Shown piece by piece: positions 24,782 through 33,817 of a stretch of 51,057 bases of DNA. Numbering within the stretch: position 1 is the stretch's first letter; each line of letters begins with the position of its first letter. Under the pieces are notes generated by a model, which saw nothing but the letters and a program-made list of their open reading frames with translations, was not told the origin of the DNA and did no database searches. The DNA is from Planctomycetota bacterium (GTDB lineage: Bacteria; Planctomycetota; UBA1135; UBA2386), in the NCBI GenBank assembly GCA_036338025.1, contig JAYZDB010000034.1, positions 1-51,057 on the forward strand, read 5' to 3'. Position numbers and translations under genes: made by a program.

Positions 24782-27076
24782 TTATCGCGGCTTGGAGATC
24801 TCCGACCACAGAGCCTGGAAGCCCTGGTGCCTGGGCGCCAGATCCACCAGGCGCTTCGCGTAACGACGGGCCGAAGTGAGGTCCCCCTTGCTGAAGTGTG
24901 TGGTAGCCAGGGCATGCAACAACTCACGGTCGTTCGGGTGCCGGGTCTGCGCCGCGGTCCACACCCGCAAGCCCTCATCCACCTGCCGTAAGGAAGTCAG
25001 GGCAAAGCCATAGACGTAGCTCAGATGGGGATTTTCGGGACCAAGGTCGGCTGCTTTCTTGAGCAAGGGCAGGGAGTCTCCATGCTGCTTCTTTCGAACC
25101 AGCAACAAGCCCAGGGCGTGGTGGATCTCAGCGGATCCCGGAATCCGGACCAGTGCTTCGCGGAGTAGAGTCTCGCCCCGATCGTCACGATCCCACTCGC
25201 GGTACAGATCCGCCAGGTTGGCAGTCGCCGGAATCGACCCAGGTTCCAGGGTCAAGGCCGCCAAGTACGCGGTTTCGGATTCTTTGAGACGGCCCTGACG
25301 GTGATAGAACAGCCCACGGTTGACGTGCGCGTATGGACGGTCCGCATTGTGGGCCTGCACTTCCATGAACTCCTGCGTCACCAGGTCGAAGTCAGAGCGC
25401 ACTCGCTCCGGCATGTCTTCCGCCTTCACGACTGCCAATTGATTCAGCGCTTCCAATCTCACACTGCGCACTGGATCGCGCAGCAGAAGCGAACCAAGTT
25501 GCAACCGGGTCGGTCCATCGAAGGCATCAAACGAGCGTAGAGCCCCCATGCGCATCAAGGGATCCGGATCACGCAATCCGGCCTTGACGCGGTCTATTCC
25601 GATCTCATCCAGGAAGGGCGCCGATTCCGCGAGCGCGGTCGCCCGGGCAATTGCTGGCTGGGTCGAGTCACCGAGCAAACGGGCGAGTTGCTCAGCCGCC
25701 CCAAAGGTGCCGGATCGCATCGCCGACAGAGCCTCACCAAAATGGAACTCACGCCGGCGCTTCTCTCCGAACCAGGTCGCAACCTGCTTGGCCGCCCAGG
25801 CACTCGATTGATCCTCGTGGCAGGCGGTACACGCGTCAGGCGTACCGAGCCGCTCGGCCAGATCCGGCCGGGGCACCCGTAGGCTGTGGTCCCGACGCGG
25901 GTCGATCACCATATAGCTACGGGTTGGCATGTGGCATTCGACGCACAGGCTGCCCGAGCTACCAGGCTTGTGGTGGTGGTGCGAAGGAACATCGAAGCGC
26001 TGTGGATCGTGACAGCGCGCACAAAGTGCATTGCCTTGAGCCAGCAACCTGGTGCTGTGCGGCTCGTGACAGTCGCTACAGGTCACCCCACGCTGGTACA
26101 TCTTGCTCTGCGCGAATGAGCCGTAAACGTAGACTTCATCGAGAATCTGTCCGTCTGGGTGGTAGAGACCACGCGTCAAGAGTTCGAGACGGTGCGAGTC
26201 GAGGATCGGGTGGCCGTGCTGATAGTCATCGGTCAAGCGTGTACGGCGGGAGTGGCAGCGGGCACAGGTTTCAGTCTGCATGTCGAGCCGCGGCGTCTCG
26301 GAACCCTTTGCACTACCAGTAGCCGGATCGATGGTCCAGTCGATGTCGGTCGCACGTTTCAGCGACACCCGCAGGCCCTTCTTCGGATCTGCGCTGCCGC
26401 CACCGTTTTGGGCCCACGCGACGTGCCCTGCACCCGGTCCGTGACAGGACTCGCAAGACACGTCGATCTCAGCGAAGGAAGTGTGGTAGACCGCCTGCTC
26501 GGCACTGTAGTTCTTGTGCAGATCGGTCGAGTGGCACTCAGCACACATGAAGTTCCAGGTCTGGTTGCGGCCGGTCCAGTGCAGTTCGTCGAAATGGGAG
26601 ATCTGCTCGCCGGGATAGAGGTGGAACCAACGCTGCCCGCCTTCCGTCTTGGAGCGGGAATCCCAGCAAACTCGTAAGGACTGCAGACGGCCGCCGGGTT
26701 CCTCGACCAGATATTGCTGCAGGGGCTCGATACCGAATGTGTACTTCACCCGGTACTCGTGCTTTTCCCCATCGCGCCCAACCGTCTCGACAAAATAGCC
26801 GGCCGGCTGCTTCGAGAACTCCCACCGCACGCCGTCCGCCTCGAACGGGGAGGAGAAATCGCCGAGCACCGTTGCTTCGCTCGGTTCCTGCATGGCAGCA
26901 TCGTGCTGCGAATTCCGGTACGACTTCGCCTGAGCGGCGTGGCACTGGGCACAGGTCTGCCGACCGACAAACCCCTCGTGCATGCTGCGATTGCGGTTTT
27001 TGCACGACGGAACCACCGCTACCCCGAGCAGGGCCAGGATTACCGCCACTCTGAGAACGAGGTGCTTGCCGCGCAT
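24782..27076 (-). CDS. Octaheme c-type cytochrome fused to HEAT/TPR repeats
   Basis: ORF 24782..27136. The start is set to the ATG at 27076 (MRGKHLVLRVAVILALLGVAVVPSC). There are eight CxxCH motifs: CAQCH, CAECH, CESCH, CARCH, CSDCH, CARCH, CVECH and CTACH. The C-terminal third has TPR-like repeats (YLAALTLEPGSIPATANLADLY..., HHALGLLLVRKKQHGDSL...). Confidence 0.85.
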   Translation of the reverse strand: MRGKHLVLRVAVILALLGVAVVPSCKNRNRSMHEGFVGRQTCAQCHAAQAKSYRNSQHDAAMQEPSEATVLGDFSSPFEADGVRWEFSKQPAGYFVETVGRDGEKHEYRVKYTFGIEPLQQYLVEEPGGRLQSLRVCWDSRSKTEGGQRWFHLYPGEQISHFDELHWTGRNQTWNFMCAECHSTDLHKNYSAEQAVYHTSFAEIDVSCESCHGPGAGHVAWAQNGGGSADPKKGLRVSLKRATDIDWTIDPATGSAKGSETPRLDMQTETCARCHSRRTRLTDDYQHGHPILDSHRLELLTRGLYHPDGQILDEVYVYGSFAQSKMYQRGVTCSDCHEPHSTRLLAQGNALCARCHDPQRFDVPSHHHHKPGSSGSLCVECHMPTRSYMVIDPRRDHSLRVPRPDLAERLGTPDACTACHEDQSSAWAAKQVATWFGEKRRREFHFGEALSAMRSGTFGAAEQLARLLGDSTQPAIARATALAESAPFLDEIGIDRVKAGLRDPDPLMRMGALRSFDAFDGPTRLQLGSLLLRDPVRSVRLEALNQLAVVKAEDMPERVRSDFDLVTQEFMEVQAHNADRPYAHVNRGLFYHRQGRLKESETAYLAALTLEPGSIPATANLADLYREWDRDDRGETLLREALVRIPGSAEIHHALGLLLVRKKQHGDSLPLLKKAADLGPENPHLSYVYGFALTSLRQVDEGLRVWTAAQTRHPNDRELLHALATTHFSKGDLTSARRYAKRLVDLAPRHQGFQALWSEISKPR

Positions 27077-27187
27077 GCGAACGACCACGTTACGGCGTGC
27101 CGGGACCCACGCAACCACTCGAAAGGCCAGACTCAAATCCTCCTGAGGTCACCACCCCTGGCATTCTACGGCGATCCTGTGTATGGG

Positions 27188-29407
27188 ATGGTCATGCCCC
27201 GCTGCGTACACAGGCTGATCCAGGTGCTGATGGTCTCGGCTACCACAATCGCCAATCTCGACGCCCAGGATCCCAAGCCTCTCCCCCGACCGAACATCCT
27301 CTGGATCACCTGTGAGGATGCCGGTTCCCGATTCGGTTGCTACGGCGACAAGTACGCCAGAACACCCAACATCGATGCCTTGGCGGCAAGCGGTGTGATC
27401 TACCGCAGAGCCTTCTCACACGCCCCGGTGCCAACAACGAGCCGTGCCGGCGCCATCACCGGCGAGTACCCCACCAGCACCGGTGCACACCATGTGCCCA
27501 GTCGGACCCTGGCCCCCAAGCACCTGAAGTGCGTGTCCGAAATTCTCCGGGCGGCCGGCTACCACTGCACCAACCGACACTTCGAGCACTACGGACTCGG
27601 TCCGATGAGGTTCGCGAAGAACCTCCCCAGAGAAAGTTGGAGTCCGTTCGCCGCCTGGGACTTCACCGGTTCTCAGAAGGCCACCTGGCGCAGCCGCGCA
27701 GACTCGACCCAAGCGTTCTTCGCCATCATGGGTCATCGTGGGACCGACAAGGCCGCAGTCCACGATCCCGGCGAGGTTTCGATACCCCCTTACCTGGCCG
27801 ACACGGCCGACACCCGCAAGGCCATCGCCGCACAATACGATCGAATCCATTCATTCGATGTCCACGTCGGCGAGGTCCTCGCGCAACTCGAGAAGGACGG
27901 TCTCGCCGACGACACGATCGTCTGGATTTCCTCCACCAACGGTCGCGATCTACCGCGCGAAAAACGCTGGCTCTACGACGCCGGCACCGCGATCGCGTTG
28001 ATCGTACGTGTGCCCGAAAAATACCGGCCCGAAGTCTTCGGTGATTTAGCGAAACAAAGACGCCCAGGTTCAAGCTGTGATGAGCTGGTAGGCACCATCG
28101 ACTTCGCCGCCACAGCGCTCTCGATCACACGGCAGCAGGCACCAGCCTGGTTGCGAGGGCGAGCCTTCCTGGGCCGCGACCGCAGCGCGGCCCCGCAGTA
28201 CTTGTTTGCGGCCCGCGACCGGATCGGCGAAGCCTACGACTGCCTACGCTCAGTCCGGGACGGCAGGTTCCTGTACATACGCAACCACATGCCGAGCCTG
28301 AGCTATTCGCAGCCCTGCGGGGGCCAGGACGCGAGTCCAGCCATGCAGGAACTGCGTCGTCTACACGCAGACGGCAAGCTCACCGGGGTGCCAGCTCGGT
28401 TCTTTCAGCCAAAGACGGTCGAGGAGCTCTACGACACTCAAAACGACCCGCATCAGATCCACGATCTCGTCAGCGACCCGAAACACAGTCGCCGCCTCCT
28501 CGCCATGCGCGAAGCCCAGATCCAATGGTCTCTGCGGACCAAAGACATCGGCCTGATACCCGAAGTTCAGTTCAATCGTTTCAAGATCCAGAAATTCGGC
28601 GTCATCCGTTGTCCAAAACCCCTGTTCCGCCTCGCGAAGGACGATCGCGGACGCACAGCGGTGCAGATCGCATGCTCAACCGCGGACTCCTCGGTGATCT
28701 ATCAGGTCGATGGTCGCGGAGCGGCCGGGGCAGAGCACTGGAACCTCTACACAGAACCCGTGACCTTGACCGCCAGGCAGGTCATCACGGCCCATGGGGT
28801 TGGCATCGGCAACAACCGAAGCCCGGTCGCGAGCTTCAAGATCGGTGATCCACAAGCCACCGAAGCCCAGGTGGAGGCCGACCACCGCGCCCCCCACTGG
28901 ACGATCCACCTGAGCCGAACGAAGATTCTCGAGCAACTGCAAAACCTCAAGCGACGTGATTTCACCGGCGAGGCGGCGTTGGCGAGCTACCACAACTCGT
29001 ATCAGGAGACCGCGACGGACTTGCGCTACTGGTCGCTGCTGGCAATCCATCGGCTCGCCCGGTCACCGGCCGAACTCCAGGCAGCCAACAAGGTCTACGT
29101 CAGCGCCATTAAAAGTTCCTCGGATGCGGTCCGGATGGCCAGCGCACGGATCCTGGCAAGCTCCGATGAACATCGGAGCAAGGCCTTGGACGAAATTCGT
29201 CACATGCTCTACTCGCCCAACTTCCACGCGGCATTCGAGGGCTCGCGCGCACTGGCCCAAATCGGAGCTCATGGGGCGCCCCTGAAAGCCGATGTCGAGA
29301 ACCTGCTAGGACGCATCTCGAAGGTGCTGGATCTCGCTGGTTACCTGCCGCCGCCCTTGGCACCCTGCAGGCGACTCAGCCAGCGATTTCTCGACTCCGC
29401 AAAGTAG
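27188..29407 (+). CDS. Sulfatase-fold (alkaline-phosphatase superfamily) protein lacking the FGly Cys/Ser, fused to a C-terminal HEAT-like region
   Basis: ORF 26714..29407. The first 158 codons are antisense to the cytochrome gene, so the start is set to the ATG at 27188 (MVMPRCVHRLIQVLMVSATTIANLDAQ). Sulfatase N-terminal pattern: PNILWITCEDAG...TPNIDALAASGVIY...APVPTTSRAGAITGEYP. Other motifs: LADDTIVWISSTNGRDLPREKRWLYD, C-terminal RYWSLLAIHRLA... and MASARILASS. Confidence 0.8.
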   Translation: MVMPRCVHRLIQVLMVSATTIANLDAQDPKPLPRPNILWITCEDAGSRFGCYGDKYARTPNIDALAASGVIYRRAFSHAPVPTTSRAGAITGEYPTSTGAHHVPSRTLAPKHLKCVSEILRAAGYHCTNRHFEHYGLGPMRFAKNLPRESWSPFAAWDFTGSQKATWRSRADSTQAFFAIMGHRGTDKAAVHDPGEVSIPPYLADTADTRKAIAAQYDRIHSFDVHVGEVLAQLEKDGLADDTIVWISSTNGRDLPREKRWLYDAGTAIALIVRVPEKYRPEVFGDLAKQRRPGSSCDELVGTIDFAATALSITRQQAPAWLRGRAFLGRDRSAAPQYLFAARDRIGEAYDCLRSVRDGRFLYIRNHMPSLSYSQPCGGQDASPAMQELRRLHADGKLTGVPARFFQPKTVEELYDTQNDPHQIHDLVSDPKHSRRLLAMREAQIQWSLRTKDIGLIPEVQFNRFKIQKFGVIRCPKPLFRLAKDDRGRTAVQIACSTADSSVIYQVDGRGAAGAEHWNLYTEPVTLTARQVITAHGVGIGNNRSPVASFKIGDPQATEAQVEADHRAPHWTIHLSRTKILEQLQNLKRRDFTGEAALASYHNSYQETATDLRYWSLLAIHRLARSPAELQAANKVYVSAIKSSSDAVRMASARILASSDEHRSKALDEIRHMLYSPNFHAAFEGSRALAQIGAHGAPLKADVENLLGRISKVLDLAGYLPPPLAPCRRLSQRFLDSAK

Positions 29408-29458
29408 CGCACTACGCGCATCGTCAGGCATGGTTGGGCCGGGCCCATACCGGGCAGG

Positions 29459-29977
29459 TCAGCTTCCCTCGATCAGCGAGACGAGAAGGGTGACCCTGCC
29501 GGACACAGCAACGCACCCGACGTCGGCAACACCATGAATATCACCGATCGCATAGAACCAGCGGGGCATCTCCACGTGTGACCTTAGCGGCTTGCCCTCG
29601 ACAAGCGTCGTCGAGCCACTGCTGGTGTCAAACACGCCTTTGACGACTGCTCCATGGGATGCCAACACCGCCTCGGTGGCTTGCTGAACCTGGTGCGCAA
29701 GCTTCGCCTGGTCCGCACCCGGCATGGTCGCGGTCGCCACGATCCGACGCGCCACCCGATGGGAACGCGCCAGGGCGGGAAAGCGGTCGTGGGTAGTGTC
29801 GGTGAGGACCTCCCATTCGACACCATCGCCAGCCTTGGCGGTCAGGTCAGCGAGGGCAAATTCACGCAAGAAGGGGCTGCCTTCGGTCTGGGTGAAAGAT
29901 GTGCCTGAAAGTCCAAAACCGATCAGGGTTCCGACTATCAGTCCGAGGATCAACGGAAGGGTCCAGGCTGTCTTCAT
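29459..29977 (-). CDS. Hypothetical membrane-anchored or secreted protein
   Basis: ATG at 29977. The N-terminal TM segment is WTLPLILGLIVGTLIGFGL. It is the only long ORF in this gap, and I recognised no family. Confidence 0.6.
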   Translation of the reverse strand: MKTAWTLPLILGLIVGTLIGFGLSGTSFTQTEGSPFLREFALADLTAKAGDGVEWEVLTDTTHDRFPALARSHRVARRIVATATMPGADQAKLAHQVQQATEAVLASHGAVVKGVFDTSSGSTTLVEGKPLRSHVEMPRWFYAIGDIHGVADVGCVAVSGRVTLLVSLIEGS

Positions 29978-30059
29978 GAAAACTCCAGGGTGTCAGGGGG
30001 CCACAAGGCTATCCGTATGGTCTCTGGGAGAATTTTGAAAAACTGCAGGCCTGCCGACA

Positions 30060-30932
30060 CTACCTGGAGTCGTCAGGGGTCGGTCCGAAGATCGACTCCA
30101 AGGCAGCCCGCATCACCGCGGTGTCGGGCACGACCCCGGTCCAGTACTCGATGCCGAGCTTGCCTTGGTTTACCAGCATTCCCATCCCATCAATCGTGCG
30201 GCAGCCGGCAGCCTTGGCTTCCTCCAAGAAGCGGGTCACCGGGGGGTTCGGGATGATATCCGCGACCACCAATTCTGGTCGCAGCGATCCGATCGCGACC
30301 GGAACCCGAGAGGTATCCGGAAACAAACCAATCGATGTGGAGTTGACGACGATCTCGACGTCGCTTGCGATCTCGTGCTCGCCCTCCCACCCGACAAACG
30401 CGGCTGAAGCCTGGGTACGTTGATCGAGCATCTCAGCGAGTTCTTCGCCTCGTTCGGACGTTCGGTTGACTACCGTAATGACTGACGCCCCCGCCAGGGC
30501 CAACTCGACGGATACCGCCCGGGCGGCGCCCCCCGCGCCGAATATCAGCACGTGCTTGCCGGCCGGATCGATCACCGGTTCGAGGGAATCCAAGAACCCT
30601 TTGCCGTCCGTGTTCTCACCGATGTAGCGGCCCTCACGTTCGACGACACAGTTGACCGCACCCATGATCTCGGCGGATTCTCCGAGCCCATCGAGGTGCT
30701 CGATGACCGCGACCTTGTGCGGCAAGGTGCAGTTGAACCCCTTGTATCCCATCGCTTTCGCGCCGGCGACGGCGTCGGCAAGCTTGTCCGCCGGCACTTC
30801 CGTCGTGTTGTAACGAAAGGCGAGACCGTGGTGGTCAAAGGCAGCCTGGACCATCGCTTCGGTCGGGTTCTCCCATACCGGATGACCAAAGTTCCCGATG
30901 TACTTCTTCTCGCAGCTAAAGGTTTCTGTCAT
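30060..30932 (-). CDS. aroE: Shikimate/quinate 5-dehydrogenase family protein
   Basis: ORF 30060..30977. The start is set to the ATG at 30932, 4 nt after the upstream permease stop. Motifs: GFNCTLPHK, GAVNCV, GENTDGKGF, VLIFGAGGAARAV. The N-terminal substrate motif is divergent (GHPVWENPTEAM instead of the usual G-x-P-I-x-H-S-x-S-P). Confidence 0.8.
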   Translation of the reverse strand: MTETFSCEKKYIGNFGHPVWENPTEAMVQAAFDHHGLAFRYNTTEVPADKLADAVAGAKAMGYKGFNCTLPHKVAVIEHLDGLGESAEIMGAVNCVVEREGRYIGENTDGKGFLDSLEPVIDPAGKHVLIFGAGGAARAVSVELALAGASVITVVNRTSERGEELAEMLDQRTQASAAFVGWEGEHEIASDVEIVVNSTSIGLFPDTSRVPVAIGSLRPELVVADIIPNPPVTRFLEEAKAAGCRTIDGMGMLVNQGKLGIEYWTGVVPDTAVMRAALESIFGPTPDDSR

Positions 30933-30936
30933 GTGA

Positions 30937-32307
30937 CTATCGCTGAAACAAGCTGGTGAAGTCCCGCCAGGCAACACGACCCTTACGGAACTGATCGGTC
31001 AAGACCGCGCCAAGGATCACCGCTCCCATGACGATCATCTGTGGATTGGGTGGCACCTCGATCTGGTTCATGCCATTTCGAATCACGGCGATGATGAACG
31101 CACCAACGAGAGTACCCAGGACCCGGCCCTGTCCACCCATCAAGCTGGTGCCACCCACAACGACGGCCGCGATCACGGTCAGTTCGGCCATGAACCCGAA
31201 GTTGGGTTCCACGCCCGTGTGTTTCGATGCCATGATCACACCGCCCAACCCAGCGAGCAGACCACAGACGGTGTAGACGATCAGCAGCACTCGCTGCACC
31301 GGCACGCCCGCCAGGCGAGCAGCCTCTTCGTTTCCTCCGATCGCGTAGATGTGTCGGCCGAGGCGCGTCCTCGACATGACAAAGTGTGCAAGGGCGTAGA
31401 GAAGGAACATCAGGATCACGGAATTGGGGATGGCAAAGGTACGACCCGACCCCAACCAACCAAACCCCGCGGGCACCTCGTTGATCGACTCCGAGTCGGT
31501 AATCGTCAAGGCCAGACCACGCGCCATCAACATCATCGCCAAAGTGACCAAGAAAGCCGGCAGACGGAATGCCGCGACGCATACCCCGGACAGAGCCCCC
31601 ACGCCTCCGCATACAATGACACCGGCCAGTCCACACAACAACATGCCGGTCCAATCCGCATCGCGACCACCCGCTACATCCCGAATCAAGACCGTGGAAG
31701 TAACAGCCGCCAAACCGATCAGGCTGCCCACCGACAAGTCGATCCCCGCGGTGATGATCACCAAGGTCATTCCGATCGCGATGATGGCGATGATCGAAAT
31801 CTGCTGAGCGATATTCAACACGTTGTCCTTCTTCAGGAACGTCGGCCACTTGTAGCTCTCGGGCGTCATCACCCGACACCTACCGCCCAGTTTCGGGTAG
31901 CGCGTATTGACATCCCGAACCGGCGCCCACGATGCAACAGAATTGGGGCAAGCAATCACATCAATGTGGGCACTCGCCTGTTCCCATTCCCGCAGCTTCT
32001 CTCCGACTTCCGGCGGGCTACCATGCACCTTGCCGGCGAGTTGGTGTCCGGAGGCGTTCAGCACCTCGACCAATGCATCCGCCAGCTGAACGCCGATCGC
32101 GCTGTTGGGGGTAACGATCGCTACCGACACCTTCGAATCCAAGGCATCGATTTGCGCGGCTAGTTCCTCGCCGGCAGCAGCTCCAGAATTTTGGATGTCC
32201 TTGACCGTGAGCGCACTGAAACCCAGCACCAGGATCAACAGCACGAAGAGCATGCCGTATTCCGCCTTGCGGCCTGATCGACTGAATCGCGATGGGGTAT
32301 TCGACAT
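30937..32307 (-). CDS. Sugar ABC transporter permease (ribose/xylose type) with an extra N-terminal TM plus a periplasmic segment of about 140 aa
   Basis: ATG at 32307. The C-terminal ~310 aa are a typical RbsC-like permease (IAIGMTLVIITAGIDLSVGS..., GGTSLMGGQG...). The N-terminus has a TM helix (MLFVLLILVLGFSAL) followed by a soluble stretch. Confidence 0.85.
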   Translation of the reverse strand: MSNTPSRFSRSGRKAEYGMLFVLLILVLGFSALTVKDIQNSGAAAGEELAAQIDALDSKVSVAIVTPNSAIGVQLADALVEVLNASGHQLAGKVHGSPPEVGEKLREWEQASAHIDVIACPNSVASWAPVRDVNTRYPKLGGRCRVMTPESYKWPTFLKKDNVLNIAQQISIIAIIAIGMTLVIITAGIDLSVGSLIGLAAVTSTVLIRDVAGGRDADWTGMLLCGLAGVIVCGGVGALSGVCVAAFRLPAFLVTLAMMLMARGLALTITDSESINEVPAGFGWLGSGRTFAIPNSVILMFLLYALAHFVMSRTRLGRHIYAIGGNEEAARLAGVPVQRVLLIVYTVCGLLAGLGGVIMASKHTGVEPNFGFMAELTVIAAVVVGGTSLMGGQGRVLGTLVGAFIIAVIRNGMNQIEVPPNPQMIVMGAVILGAVLTDQFRKGRVAWRDFTSLFQR

Positions 32308-32309
32308 GG

Positions 32310-33803
32310 TCAGTGAATGGCCAACTCCATGATCTGCTCTTGCGTTGCGTCGGCGACATCTTCGATCTCACCGCTGACACATCCAAGTCGCATGACGAGG
32401 ATTCGATCCGCCATCCCCAAAACTTCGGGAAGCTCCGAGCTTATCAGCACCACGGCCTTGCCCTGAGCGGCCAACTCGTTGATCAACAGGTAGAATTCGT
32501 AGCGTGCGCCGACGTCGATGCCGCGGGTTGGTTCATCGATGACCAGGACGTCACACTCACGCTGCAACCACTTCGCGAGCACGATTTTTTGTTGGTTGCC
32601 ACCACTGAGGGTCGCGGCGGCCTGATCGGGTTCTCCGACTACACCTAGCTTGCCCGCGTAGTCAGCAAACGCGGCGCGCTCACGGCTCGGAACCAAAATC
32701 GGGCCGCGGCAGAAGCGCCCGAGGTTCGGGAGGCCGAAGTTGGTGAGGATGGAGTGCGCAAGGACCAGCCCCTGTCCACTCCGGTCCTCGGTCAAGAGTC
32801 CGATGCCTGCACGGATCGCATCGCGGGGCCCTTTCAAATCGAGCCGCTTGCCATCGAGGTAGATCCGCCCCTCGTCCATCGGGTCAGCGCCGGCGATCAT
32901 GCGCGCCATCTCGGTCCTCCCCGCACCCACCAGACCGGTGATCCCCAGAACCTCGCCAGCGCGGACCTCAAAACTCACCCCACGCACCTTGGCCCCGCGG
33001 TGCAAGTTTTCGACCCTGAGCCGCGGTTCGCCGATCGGATGGTGATGCTTGGGAAACTCCTGCTCCACGGAGCGGCCAACCATCAATTCGATCATCTGGT
33101 GCCTGGTGATCGCCTCTATCGATCGGGTGGCGACTTGCTCGCCATCCCGCATGACCATGACACGACTTGAGATCTCGACAATCTCGCCTAACAGATGGCT
33201 TACATAGATGATCCCGATGCCCCGGGTCCGGAGGTCGCGGATGATCGCGAACAGGCTCTCAACCTCCCTGGTCGTCAAGGTCGCAGTCGGCTCATCCATC
33301 ACCAGGATCTTCACGTCGGTCACCAAGGCTTTGGCGATTTCGACGACCTGGCGCTCGGCGACGCTGAGAGAATGGCAGGCTGCCTCGACGTCAATTTGCA
33401 TCTGGAGCTTGGAGAACAACTCCTCAGCCCGCCGCTGCTCCGCTGCCCGGTCGATCACTCCTGACCGGGTGATCTCGCAACCCAGGAAGATGTTCTCCGC
33501 CACGCTGAGTTCGGGAACCAGGTTGAGCTCCTGGTAGATGACGCCAACCCCGGCAGCCCGCGCCCGGCTCGGGGACTGCAAGTCCACCTCGACACCTTCG
33601 ATCTTCACCCGACCGGCATCGGGTTGATGGGCACCACCAAGCACCTTCATCAAGGTGCTCTTACCCGCACCGTTTTCACCAACCAGCCCCAAGACCTCAC
33701 CGTGGTGGAGTTGCAGGTCGACACCCTTGAGCGCATGCACGCCGGGAAAGGACTTCCGGATGCCCGCCATGTCGAGCAGAGGAGGCATGGCAGATGTGTC
33801 CAT
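32310..33803 (-). CDS. Sugar ABC transporter ATP-binding protein (duplicated ABC domains, RbsA/MglA type)
   Basis: ATG at 33803. Walker A is GENGAGKST, the signature motifs are LSVAERQ and LSGGNQQK, and Walker B is ILVMDEPT / VLVIDEPT. Confidence 0.9.
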   Translation of the reverse strand: MDTSAMPPLLDMAGIRKSFPGVHALKGVDLQLHHGEVLGLVGENGAGKSTLMKVLGGAHQPDAGRVKIEGVEVDLQSPSRARAAGVGVIYQELNLVPELSVAENIFLGCEITRSGVIDRAAEQRRAEELFSKLQMQIDVEAACHSLSVAERQVVEIAKALVTDVKILVMDEPTATLTTREVESLFAIIRDLRTRGIGIIYVSHLLGEIVEISSRVMVMRDGEQVATRSIEAITRHQMIELMVGRSVEQEFPKHHHPIGEPRLRVENLHRGAKVRGVSFEVRAGEVLGITGLVGAGRTEMARMIAGADPMDEGRIYLDGKRLDLKGPRDAIRAGIGLLTEDRSGQGLVLAHSILTNFGLPNLGRFCRGPILVPSRERAAFADYAGKLGVVGEPDQAAATLSGGNQQKIVLAKWLQRECDVLVIDEPTRGIDVGARYEFYLLINELAAQGKAVVLISSELPEVLGMADRILVMRLGCVSGEIEDVADATQEQIMELAIH

Positions 33804-33817
33804 ATCGATCGGTACGG

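Noticed and set aside
26714-27187. The first 158 codons of track ORF 26714..29407, which would extend the sulfatase-like protein upstream
   Set aside because: This stretch is entirely antisense to the octaheme cytochrome gene. It translates to Arg/Leu/Pro-rich sequence with no sulfatase similarity. The signal-peptide-like Met at 27188 directly precedes the conserved PNILWITCED start of the fold.
29408-29458. The palindromic tgggccgggccca between convergent genes, as a terminator
   Set aside because: The inverted halves are separated by a single nucleotide, so no viable loop can form, and there is no T-tract.
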